A stretch of DNA of 64,000 nt, taken from the NCBI GenBank assembly GCA_963842525.1, contig CAWJGT010000021.1, positions 41,187 to 105,186 of the forward strand. Direction: 5' to 3'. The notes beneath the pieces are model-generated. The model saw only the letters and a program-made list of their open reading frames with translations. It was not told where the DNA came from and did not search any database. The DNA comes from an uncultured Holophagales bacterium (GTDB lineage: Bacteria > Acidobacteriota > Thermoanaerobaculia > Multivoradales > UBA5704). Positions 39,552 to 48,534 of this stretch are shown piece after piece. The translations under genes were made by a program, and so were the position numbers. Numbering within the stretch: the stretch's first letter is position 1; every line of letters begins with the position of its first letter.

Positions 39552-41000
39552 TCAGGGATAGATGCCGCTGAAGGCCTGGCCTGCGCTGACGTCGTCGCCG
39601 ATGCTCGCGGTCTGCGAGAGCGGCATCGTCTCGTGGGGGAAGAAGAGGAACTTGACGAGCTTGTCCTTGTCATGCGAGCTGGTCCCATAGCCGTGGTATC
39701 GCATGGCGCTCGAGAAGCTGAAGCTGCCGATGAATTTCCAGGTGACGCCGTCCACCGACCCCCAGCCCTGGACCTGCTTGCCGCTGTTGCTGATCTGAAG
39801 CTTCACATAGCCGAGGGTGTCGTCGTCCACCGTGTCGGGCGGTGCGATGGGGACTTCCACTTTCTTCGTGTCCTTGCCTGTGGCTTCCCGGTATTGGATA
39901 CGCAGCGGCTCGGCGGCGGGGCGCACCACGGCCAGATAGGCGGCATCGTCGTCGAGCGACGCGCGGGCCATGAGAGAGCCCTTGGCCCATTCGTCGACGT
40001 GCGAGGCGGGGCTGGAGATGAAAGTGACGTAGGTGCGGTCGGCAGTGCCGGCATCGGTATAGTAGAAGAAGAAGCTGTCCTCGTCCCCCCACAGGTCCTC
40101 GGACTTGCACTGCACGCCGTAGACGACGCCGGGCTCCGTCAGATCCGGCGAGATGGAGATCTGGATCCCTTGGAACGGCCAGCCCTTGTCGTTGTCGGTC
40201 TGTGCCCACGGGTCCTCGACGGAATTGACCTTGTCCGTGGCGATCAGGTGGACCTGGCCGCTCACGGCTTTGTTCCAGTCGCTCTGGGAGTTGGCGGAGA
40301 AGACCCGGCTGACGAAGCCGCTGGAAAAGACCTGGGGTCCGAGGGAGGCGGCCTGCGACATCTGCAGGTTGAAGTAGACGACGTAGTTTTTGGCGGTGAT
40401 GTCCGAAGTCTGGGAAATCTCGGGGGCGATGAACGCCGCGCGCTGGTTGGCCATATTGCCGTTGTCGACATAGACGTTGAGCTTGTCGGTGCTGCTGCCC
40501 ACGCCGCCGCCGGTGAGCACGAAGATGAATTTGCCACGCAGGTCTTCCAGCCGCGGCCAGCCGCCGCTCACCGCCGATTGCAGGTTGTTGGACGAGGGGC
40601 TCAGGTCGCCCGGGGTGAAGACACGGTCGCGCCCCAGGGAGAGGAGCATCTGGTCGAGATTCTCGATCGTATGCGTAGCGTCGAAGTTGTCCTTGAGGTC
40701 GATGAAGATGGTCGCGACCTCGTGATCGGGCACGGCGAGCTGGAGCCCCTGGAAGACGGTCATCGCGTCGGAGAGCTTGTCGACGGTCGTGCCCGGCTCC
40801 ACGATATCGACGTGGTAGACGTACCAGTTGCCGGTCAGCTTCTCGCGCCCGGTCTTGCCGTTGTGGATGTCGATCTCCATCGACCGCAGGCGCCAGTAGA
40901 GGAACTGGTCGTAGAGCCCCTCGTCCTTGTCGTAGGAGTTGTGAGAAGACTTCTGCCGCACCTGGTTGTAGCGGATCTCTTCGTAGGGTGTGTAGACCAT
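39552..41000 (-). CDS. PI-PLC-like phosphodiesterase with C-terminal beta-sandwich domain
   Basis: YNQV..KSSHNSY, RSMEIDIH, VYH, IFIDLKD, WPRLEDLRGKFIFVL, HLIATD; RBS aggagg; no signal peptide. Confidence 0.8.
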   Translation of the reverse strand: MVYTPYEEIRYNQVRQKSSHNSYDKDEGLYDQFLYWRLRSMEIDIHNGKTGREKLTGNWYVYHVDIVEPGTTVDKLSDAMTVFQGLQLAVPDHEVATIFIDLKDNFDATHTIENLDQMLLSLGRDRVFTPGDLSPSSNNLQSAVSGGWPRLEDLRGKFIFVLTGGGVGSSTDKLNVYVDNGNMANQRAAFIAPEISQTSDITAKNYVVYFNLQMSQAASLGPQVFSSGFVSRVFSANSQSDWNKAVSGQVHLIATDKVNSVEDPWAQTDNDKGWPFQGIQISISPDLTEPGVVYGVQCKSEDLWGDEDSFFFYYTDAGTADRTYVTFISSPASHVDEWAKGSLMARASLDDDAAYLAVVRPAAEPLRIQYREATGKDTKKVEVPIAPPDTVDDDTLGYVKLQISNSGKQVQGWGSVDGVTWKFIGSFSFSSAMRYHGYGTSSHDKDKLVKFLFFPHETMPLSQTASIGDDVSAGQAFSGIYP

Positions 41001-41069
41001 GGACGATCCCTCCTGGAAAACAGCCTTGTGTCGATAGGGTGGCCCCCATGACCGCCCTCCAGAGGTGTA

Positions 41070-41324
41070 GTGGGGCGGGACGTGGAATTATCGCGCCGGT
41101 GCGGCGCCGGCGCCAGGGGTTTCACCTGCTCAGCTCTCCCTGCCTCGCAGCCGGAAGGGCGCATTGCCCGGCGAGGTGCAATCCGGGCGGCGTTGAAGGC
41201 ACGAGACTTTGCCCGCGCCCATGCCCTGGCCCAGCGCTATCTCGCCGACGAGGGCACTCCCAAGTCCCTGCGGACGGCGTTTCGCGAGATGCTGGAGGAG
41301 GATGCGCGAAGGCAGGGACAGTGA
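41070..41324 (+). CDS. Small helical hypothetical protein or gene fragment
   Basis: EGRIARRGAIRAAL..ALAQRYL..FREMLEED looks protein-like; start uncertain. Confidence 0.3.
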   Translation: MGRDVELSRRCGAGARGFTCSALPASQPEGRIARRGAIRAALKARDFARAHALAQRYLADEGTPKSLRTAFREMLEEDARRQGQ

Positions 41325-41414
41325 AATGGGCCTAGATCCGCGATTGGGCTCGCGGTGCGATTGGAGGCAGGAAGGCCCTCCCCTCCGCGAACGCTCGCGT
41401 GCTCGTATTCTGGC

Positions 41415-41654
41415 TCAGCGAAATCCGATAAAATGGTGACTCTGCCCCTCTTGCGCGATCAGAACGGCGTCCCGATCGGCGTTCCATCCCATGAAGAGGG
41501 GATCGAAGCGGATCTTCTCGCATGCCATCTGGAGATAATGAAGCTCATGGCATGAAGGGATCTGGGGCTCGGCAGCGAGCCGATCGTAGACCTGCCAGTC
41601 GGACTCGCTCTGCGCGGCGAAAGCGGAGGCCCACACTTCCCGGGAGGGCGCCAT
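41415..41654 (-). pseudogene. Possible N-terminal fragment of a HEPN-like protein
   Basis: WASAFAAQSESDWQVY...CHELHYLQMACEKI, then degenerates. Confidence 0.35.
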
Positions 41655-41786
41655 CAGGACGGCTCGGGGCGGACGAAGCGTTCGAGACGGGCAGCAGCAT
41701 CCTTGGCGTGCAGTGCGCTCATGAAAGGAGTCTACTCCGATGGCGGCTTCACCAACTGCGTCAAAAGCCCCTGAGGTGACGGAAGC

Positions 41787-42570
41787 TCAATCCCGGAGGG
41801 AGGTGAGGATCTCGACCACCGAAGCAGTGGTCGTCGCCTGGCGGAGGACGGATTTGAGGGTTTCCGACTCGTTGGAGCTCGCAAGGGCGGTCCGCAGGTC
41901 GTCGTCCACTGCGAGGCCGCGGGCAGCCAGAACCTCGACGATAGCCTCTCGGAGTCCTTGGAGCCTCTCCCTCGGCGCGGACATCCTCCAGGCTGGCATA
42001 GCCCTGGCGCTGGAGGAGATTGCGGAAGATCACCCGGCGCGCCGCCTCGCGGTCGTAGAGGGCCTCCACCGGCAGCGGATTGGCGAGGATTCCTGGCGCT
42101 TCGAGCTGCTCGCCGGGATTCGCGATGCGCACCCTCTGGCCCGGCTGGTGCACCTCCACCCGCCGCGGACCGGTCAGCCGCACCACCCAGATATGGCGGG
42201 TGCCGGCGGCGAAGAGCTCTTGGATCTTGACCTGCAGATCCGCTTCGTCCTGGCCTGTGTCGGCGTACTCGACCGCCAGGGGAGGTGCTCCCTCGGCCCA
42301 TCCCGGCTGGTCGGGGATCTCGCCGACGGAGAGATCGGGGGCGCGGAGGATTTCCGGGGACGGGGAAAAACCGACGTCGACGCCAACGTCCTGGACCGCG
42401 GGATCGCTCGCGAGCACTCCGTCTCCCACGCTCGTCGCCTTTCCTCCCCGGCGGCCCGTGGGCAGGCATTCAATGGGATGGCCGTTGGACAGCTCATAGG
42501 GGTCGCCGGAGCGAAGCTGGTCAGCACGGAAAGGGCCCTGAGATCTGGCGTGCAGCGAGTTTTTCGTCAT
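41787..42570 (-). CDS. Uma2-family restriction-endonuclease-fold protein; frameshift near 41965
   Basis: YELSNG, LRAPDLSV, PPLAVEY, AGTRHIWVV; the C-terminus LREAIVEVLAARGL is in a second frame. Confidence 0.8.
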
Positions 42571-42631
42571 AGGGCAAGTATAGCACCCGGCCCCAGGTTG
42601 TCCATAAAGGGAACACCAGGTTTGCGACTGC

Positions 42632-45600
42632 TCACCCGGCGAGAGCGAGCGCCGGGGGCGCGGCAGGGGGCGTGGCTTTTGCCGGATCCCGGCGGCGGCG
42701 GGCGATCACCTGGATGATGCCGGGGAGGATTTCCACGTGGTCGGCGATCAGCTCGTGGAGCGTCCCGCGCTCGATGGCGAGGAGGCTGGACGGCTCGACC
42801 GCCTTTGCCGAGGCGGTACGGACTCCGGTCTCGACGGCGGCGATCTCGCCCAGGAGCTCTTCCGGCCCGCTCCGGCCGACCACCTGGCCGCGGACCTCGA
42901 TCTCGATCCCGCCGGCCACGGTGATGTACAGGTTGTCGCCGGGGTCGCCAGCCTGGAAGAGCAGCTCGCCCGGACGCAGCCGGACCTCGGTGATGGCTGC
43001 GGTGAGGCGGACCAGATCGGAGGGGCGGACCTGGCCGAAGATCGGCGAGCGGCGCAGGATCTTCGCCTTCTCGAAGAGCAGCAGGGGCGGCTGGTCGCCC
43101 TCCCACCCCAGCCGGCGTTCGAGGGTTCGCAGATCCTGGGTCGGCAGCGATCCCCGCCGGCGCGCATAGAGCCCGCTGTCGAGCCTGTGGACCGCCCAGG
43201 CGGCCATCTCCCGGATCATCGGCTCCGGATGGTGGAGGACGGCGAGGAGCTCGTCGGGGACCGCGGAGGCGGGCATGTCGACCAGGGCTCCGATCGCGCA
43301 GGCGCGGGTCCAATGGTCCATGTGTGAGCTGCCCTGGTGGATGATCTCGCACAGGCGCCCCACGCGGCCGAGCTGGCGCTGCGGGAAGCAGCGCTGGAGG
43401 CGCTCGAGGAGCTGGGACGGCGGGAGCTGCTCGAACAGCGGGAAGAGGGCCTCGCGCACGTCCGGCGGGACGACCGCCTCGGCGATCTCGAACACATAGG
43501 CGTGCCCCTGGCCGGCCGGGTCGGCCAGGCTGTGGCGCATCAGCTCCACCGCCTGCGGATCGGCCACCAAGGACAGAAGCAGGAAGATCGAGTCCCAGTC
43601 CCGCTCGAGGTCGCGCGCGAGGGCCGCCACCACCTCTGCCACGGCGGGCTCGGTGCCGAGGTCGATCTGGGCCGCTGTGATCCAGGCCATGTGGCCCGCG
43701 ATGTTCTCGACCTGCTGCTTGACCACGTTGTCCTGCAGGTCGTCGGCGTGGAAGCCGCGCCGTGCGAGGGAGAGCAGCGCCTGCCGCTGGACCTTGCGGT
43801 TTGGGTAGGTGATCTTGTCGAGAAGGAGGAGGTCCGTCTGCGGCCCGGGCACCTGCTCGTAGACCCGAACGATGCGCAGGAGGGTCTGGGGGCTCTGGTC
43901 GGAGCGGCGGAACATCTCCTCCAGGGAGTTGAGCATGGGCGCGCCGATCGTCACCAGGGCTGCGGCGGCCTCGCGGCAGCACTCGCTCGCGCGGAGCTGC
44001 TCGACGACGCGCGGCCAGACAGACCGGCCGAAGGGGCTGGCCGCCGCTCGCAGGGCCTCCCGGCGGACGGCGGTGTTGGTGTCCCACAACAGGCGCGGCA
44101 GCAGCTCGGCGGCCTCCTGCTTGGACAGGCTGGCGAGCAGGGATGCCGCGAGGCGCCGCTCCTCCGCGTCCTCCGACGTGGCCAGGGCGCGGACCCGCTC
44201 GTACGTGGTGTTGACCAGGAGGGACTCCAGGGTCCGCACGGCCTGGCGCAACGCGGCCCGCACGTCGAACCGCAGCTCTGTGGCCTCGCGGCGCTGCAGC
44301 TCGGCGAGCCGGTGGAGGAGGCGCAGCCGGTCGATGCGCTCCGCGGCCTCGCGGCGCAACTCCGGGTTGTCGGACGCCAGCAGCTCGCAGAGGGCCTCCT
44401 CGTGCAGGATGGAGTCGGACTTCTCGAGGACGTTGAGCGCGTAGGCAACCTCGCCGACCGGCGCGGTATGGAGGTTGCGCCGCATCTGGTCGACGGGCGA
44501 GATGACGATCGGACGGCGGGTCCGGCGGGAGAGGAGCTGCAACAGCCGGACGCGGTATTCGCGGTGCGCCAGGAGAGTGACCGCCAGCCAGGCCACGAGG
44601 AGGAACACCAGGATCCAGATCACGCTGGCCGGACCAAACGCCGGAGGGCCGATGAGGAGCAGGGCGAGCCCCGCCAGGCCGAGGGAGACCTGCTTGACCA
44701 CCCCTTCGACTCGGGTCTGGAAGACGAACCGCTCGCTCTCGTCCACCGGCTGGAACAGGACCTTGAACGAGGGATCGAACAGCGAGCGGCGGACCACGAA
44801 CTCGATCAGCTTGGCGAGCGAGAGGAAGACGAAGAAGCTCAGGGCGGCGGTGCCCTGGACCCCCGCGCTGGCCGCCGCCAGCAGCGCGCAGAGCAGGACT
44901 CCCAACGGCAGGGACAGGAGGCCGAAGAGGAGCCCGAACTGCCGGATCAGGCGGCCGGAAAGAAACGTTTTCATCACCAGCTCGACGATCTTGGTGGCTC
45001 CCCAGAAGACGCCGAGGAAGATGGCGAGGGCCTCTTCGTTGCGGAACGTGCCGCGCGTCGCGCTGAGGAACCCGAAGTCGACGAAATAGAGGGAGAAGAC
45101 GAGGAAGACGGCGAGGAGCGACAGCAGCACGAAGTAGCGGTCGCGGAGCACGTGGGCCGGCGGGGCCTTTTCTTCCTCTACCTGGGCCGGGAGCGCGGGG
45201 CCGGCGACGGCCTCGGCCGGGAGCCTCCGCAACCCGGCGAGCACCACCAGCAGGCAGAGCGCCAGCCCTACGGCGGCGACCAGCAGGAGGTCCGAGGTGT
45301 CGCGGGAGAAGAAGGAGGAGACGAGCACGGGCACCAGGAAGAAGCCGAAGATCTCGGCCACCACCTCGCCGGAGCTGACGAGGCCGAACAGGCGCTTGCC
45401 CTGCTGCAGGTCGTAGGTGCGGCCGGCGAGGCCCCAGAAGCCGAGGTCGAGCAGCGTCAGCAGAGGATCGACGCAGATGAAGACGAGGAAGCTCATCCAC
45501 AGCGGATCGCCGAGGCCGAAGGCCAGCCGGAAGGCACAGACCGCTGCCAGGAGGAAGGTCAGGTTGCCGATCAGCAGCCGGCGGAAGGGGAGGCGGCGCT

Positions 45601-45847
45601 GGAAGAGCGAGAAGAGCCACACCACCAGCGCACCCACCACGCCCGACGCGATGTAGGCGTAAGGGAGCCAGCGCGTCGCGTAGTGGCTGAGGAACGTGGC
45701 ATTGGCAAAGGCGAAGAAGAAGGCGATGAAGATGCCGTTGCACAGCGACTGCCCCAGCAGGAACAGGGTGGGCAGACCCTCGCCCGGTCGGAGATCGAAA
45801 GTCCGGAAGAGGAAATCCTGGAGTCGGGTGCTGTGGCGGAGGTCCAT
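42632..45847 (-). CDS. NTT/TLC-like (MFS-fold) nucleotide transporter fused to HEAT repeats and a cyclic-nucleotide-binding domain
   Basis: About 12 TM helices with FWGLAGRTYDLQQGKRLFGLV and RRSLFDPSFKVLFQPV; HEAT repeats; CNB domain LFQAGDPGDNLYI..GEIAAV..RTASA. Confidence 0.85.
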   Translation of the reverse strand: MDLRHSTRLQDFLFRTFDLRPGEGLPTLFLLGQSLCNGIFIAFFFAFANATFLSHYATRWLPYAYIASGVVGALVVWLFSLFQRRLPFRRLLIGNLTFLLAAVCAFRLAFGLGDPLWMSFLVFICVDPLLTLLDLGFWGLAGRTYDLQQGKRLFGLVSSGEVVAEIFGFFLVPVLVSSFFSRDTSDLLLVAAVGLALCLLVVLAGLRRLPAEAVAGPALPAQVEEEKAPPAHVLRDRYFVLLSLLAVFLVFSLYFVDFGFLSATRGTFRNEEALAIFLGVFWGATKIVELVMKTFLSGRLIRQFGLLFGLLSLPLGVLLCALLAAASAGVQGTAALSFFVFLSLAKLIEFVVRRSLFDPSFKVLFQPVDESERFVFQTRVEGVVKQVSLGLAGLALLLIGPPAFGPASVIWILVFLLVAWLAVTLLAHREYRVRLLQLLSRRTRRPIVISPVDQMRRNLHTAPVGEVAYALNVLEKSDSILHEEALCELLASDNPELRREAAERIDRLRLLHRLAELQRREATELRFDVRAALRQAVRTLESLLVNTTYERVRALATSEDAEERRLAASLLASLSKQEAAELLPRLLWDTNTAVRREALRAAASPFGRSVWPRVVEQLRASECCREAAAALVTIGAPMLNSLEEMFRRSDQSPQTLLRIVRVYEQVPGPQTDLLLLDKITYPNRKVQRQALLSLARRGFHADDLQDNVVKQQVENIAGHMAWITAAQIDLGTEPAVAEVVAALARDLERDWDSIFLLLSLVADPQAVELMRHSLADPAGQGHAYVFEIAEAVVPPDVREALFPLFEQLPPSQLLERLQRCFPQRQLGRVGRLCEIIHQGSSHMDHWTRACAIGALVDMPASAVPDELLAVLHHPEPMIREMAAWAVHRLDSGLYARRRGSLPTQDLRTLERRLGWEGDQPPLLLFEKAKILRRSPIFGQVRPSDLVRLTAAITEVRLRPGELLFQAGDPGDNLYITVAGGIEIEVRGQVVGRSGPEELLGEIAAVETGVRTASAKAVEPSSLLAIERGTLHELIADHVEILPGIIQVIARRRRDPAKATPPAAPPALALAG

Positions 45848-45868
45848 CGCTCGCAGTCTCCCCCTCGT

Positions 45869-48529
45869 TCAGCGGCGGAACGACAGCCGCAGGAAGACGG
45901 CGCGCCCGGGCTGCGGCAGCACCCGGGCAAAGCTGACGCCGTCCGCCGGGGAGACCCCCGGATCGTCGTAGCGGGCGTCCAGCAGGTTGTTCACCACGAG
46001 CTGCAAGCGGACGCCGGGCAGGACGTTCTCGTACGCCACGGCGCCATTGACCACCAGCGACGGATCGACGCGCTCGCCGTAGGGGTCGACCGGCCGGCCG
46101 AGGCGATCGACCCACAGCTCCTGCGGCTCCCGCAGCAGGTCGAGGTTCTGGCCCGCGCGGCGCTCGCTGGCCCAGTTGCCTCGCACGTTGAAGGTCCAGC
46201 GGTCGGCGACGCGGCCGGTCAGCCCGAGGTTGACGCGGTGGTCGGCGATGTCCTCGATCCGTACGTCGACGATCGGGCGGCCCTGCTGATCCTGCAGCGG
46301 CGTGCCGTCGCTGTGCAGGGGATCGGTCCGCGGGTCGGTCCAGGTGTAGCTCGCGTCCAGGTCGAGCCGGCGGTAGCGCCATTTCGCCGCCGCCTGCACG
46401 CCGGAGATCTCCAGCGACCCGAGGTTCTGGTTCTGCAACGTGCTCGGCTGGTTCGGCCGCTCGATCTCCTTGGTGGTGACCACGTCGCTGTAGCGGGCCT
46501 GGAAGGCCGCCGCTTCCAGCGACAGCTCGGGCCGCGGCTGCCAGCCGGCGCTCACCTCCAGGTTGCGCACCCGCTCCGGAGCCAGTGCGGGGTTGGGCAG
46601 CTCCCGCAGGCCCGGCGCCGTGGCATAGCGGTTGAAATTCGACGGCGCCTTGAACGCCTCGGCATAGATCGCCTTGAGCACCCAGGAGGACGGGCTGTAG
46701 ATGAAGGCCAGCCGCGGGCTCGCCACGGTGCCGTAGCCCTCTCCCCGGTGCTGGGTGTTGTGGTCGACGCGGGAGCCCAGCACCACCTTGAAGTGGTCCC
46801 GGAGCCGGTAGGACGCCTGCGCGAAGGCACCCACGTCCAGCTCGTCGAAATATTGGGGGTCGTCGCCGGCCAGGTTGTCGGTCGTCAGCAGGTAATCTCC
46901 CTGGACCATGCTGTTGCGGGCATCGAAGCCGCCGACCACGGCGAGCCGGCTGGAGGGGCTGTAGACGAGCGTCGCCTCACCCTTGAACTGCTCGGAGAGG
47001 AGCGCATAGGAGGTCTCCTGCCAGAAGGAGGCGCGGTCCGTCGCAAGGTCGCGGAGACCGAGGCCGCCGTTTGCATAGCTCTTGAGCAGTTGCTCGCTGG
47101 TATCCCCGCCCAGCGTGTGCCGCTTGTAGCTGCTCGTGAAGCTCAAGGCGAGCCTGCGGCTCAGCTCGTTGTCGTACTTGACATAGAAGAGGCTCTGCTG
47201 GGGCACCCACAGCGTGCCGTTGTCGGCACCGGCATAGAGGCCGTCGGTGTACCAACTGCTGAACCCCTCCTCACGGCGCCAGGTCTGGAAGCCGAGCGTC
47301 AGGTTGAAGAGGTGCAGCCGGCCGCCGATCGACCAGTCGTCGGTCCTGTCCGAATACCGCGGCAGCCGTCCTTCGACCGGGATGGCGAGCGCCGCTTTGT
47401 CGAGGGCGCGGGCCCTCTCGGCGCCCGCCGGCGTGAGCTCGAAGCCGCCGCCCGCCGCCGGCCTCACATAGGGGGAGGCGCGCAGGAGCGCCTCGTCCGC
47501 CGCGGACAACGAGCCGCTCTCCGGCCCGGTGCGGAGGATGCGGGAATAGTCCAGCCCGTCGTAGAACGACGGGTCGTAGTCCCAATCGGGGAATTCCGAG
47601 AGGTCCCACTCGTCGGACTGGTAGAGGCGGGCGCTCAGCGCGAGCGAGACCTTCTTGTCGCGGCGGCGCGTCGCCAGCGTGACGTCGGCCCAGCGGGTGT
47701 CCCAGGCGCCGCCGCCGGCCGTCAGCGCGGTGGCGAAGCGGCGGCCCTCCGGGATCATCTCCTCGGTTTCGCGCGTGATCACGTTGATCACTCCGGCGAA
47801 GGCATTGGCGCCGTACAGGGTCGAGGCCGGGCCGTAGATCACCTCGATGCGGTCGACGTTGCTCAGCGGAAACTGCCGCGACAGATGCGCGGCGTTCGAC
47901 CACAGGTCGTTCTCCTCGATGCCGTCCACCAGGAACAGCGTGCGGTCGTTGCGCGAGCGGTAGCCGCGCTGGTAGAAGACCGAATAGATGTCGCCGTTGC
48001 CGCGGGAGAAATCGAAGCCCGGCAGGTCGTGGAGCACCTGCTCCAGGTCGAGGTAGCCGCGGCGTTCGATCTCCTCGGCGGTGATCACCACCACGGTGGC
48101 GGGCGCCTCGCGCAGCGACTCGGGGGTCTTCGACACCGAGGTCACCACGGCCGACGTCGGCTGCCTGTCGCGGATCTGCTGCACTCGCCGGACGAACGGC
48201 AACGGATCGTCGAAGGCCGGACGGAAAGAGGGGTTGAGCTCCAGCAGGCTGGCGATCGTCCGATCGGCCCGCTCGATCTCGTCGAGCGCCAGCCAGGCCT
48301 TGGCAAGCAGGGTGTAGGCGCCTTCCTGCTCGCTGGGCTCGAGGTCGTGCGCGCAGGGCTCGAGCCGGGAGACCACGAGCTCCAGGCGGCCGATCTCGAA
48401 ATCGGCCTGCGCGGCCTGGAGGTCGCAAGCGGTCTCCGCCCGGACAGCCTGCGGAGCGAGCCCCGGCAGGAGGAGGGCGAGGCCGAGGAGGACCGGGCTC
48501 GTGAGGCGGAACGGGGTCGGGGTCCGCAT
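45869..48529 (-). CDS. TonB-dependent receptor with a helical (TPR-like) N-terminal extension
   Basis: Start MRTPTP; signal peptide; plug VTSVSK..EAPATVVVIT, LFLVDG, RIEVIYGPASTLYGANAFAGVINVIT; NPALAPE; C-terminal NNLLD..Y..PGRAVFLRLSF. Confidence 0.95.
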   Translation of the reverse strand: MRTPTPFRLTSPVLLGLALLLPGLAPQAVRAETACDLQAAQADFEIGRLELVVSRLEPCAHDLEPSEQEGAYTLLAKAWLALDEIERADRTIASLLELNPSFRPAFDDPLPFVRRVQQIRDRQPTSAVVTSVSKTPESLREAPATVVVITAEEIERRGYLDLEQVLHDLPGFDFSRGNGDIYSVFYQRGYRSRNDRTLFLVDGIEENDLWSNAAHLSRQFPLSNVDRIEVIYGPASTLYGANAFAGVINVITRETEEMIPEGRRFATALTAGGGAWDTRWADVTLATRRRDKKVSLALSARLYQSDEWDLSEFPDWDYDPSFYDGLDYSRILRTGPESGSLSAADEALLRASPYVRPAAGGGFELTPAGAERARALDKAALAIPVEGRLPRYSDRTDDWSIGGRLHLFNLTLGFQTWRREEGFSSWYTDGLYAGADNGTLWVPQQSLFYVKYDNELSRRLALSFTSSYKRHTLGGDTSEQLLKSYANGGLGLRDLATDRASFWQETSYALLSEQFKGEATLVYSPSSRLAVVGGFDARNSMVQGDYLLTTDNLAGDDPQYFDELDVGAFAQASYRLRDHFKVVLGSRVDHNTQHRGEGYGTVASPRLAFIYSPSSWVLKAIYAEAFKAPSNFNRYATAPGLRELPNPALAPERVRNLEVSAGWQPRPELSLEAAAFQARYSDVVTTKEIERPNQPSTLQNQNLGSLEISGVQAAAKWRYRRLDLDASYTWTDPRTDPLHSDGTPLQDQQGRPIVDVRIEDIADHRVNLGLTGRVADRWTFNVRGNWASERRAGQNLDLLREPQELWVDRLGRPVDPYGERVDPSLVVNGAVAYENVLPGVRLQLVVNNLLDARYDDPGVSPADGVSFARVLPQPGRAVFLRLSFRR

Positions 48530-48534
48530 GGTCG

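Noticed and set aside
3282-42570. Single frameshifts in the CHAT, hybrid kinase, ECF, CSLREA, both M14 and Uma2 genes as programmed frameshifting or phase variation
   Set aside because: They are scattered single indels with no shared slippery motif, and both gene halves look intact; uncorrected long-read error is the simpler explanation, and read data would be needed to decide
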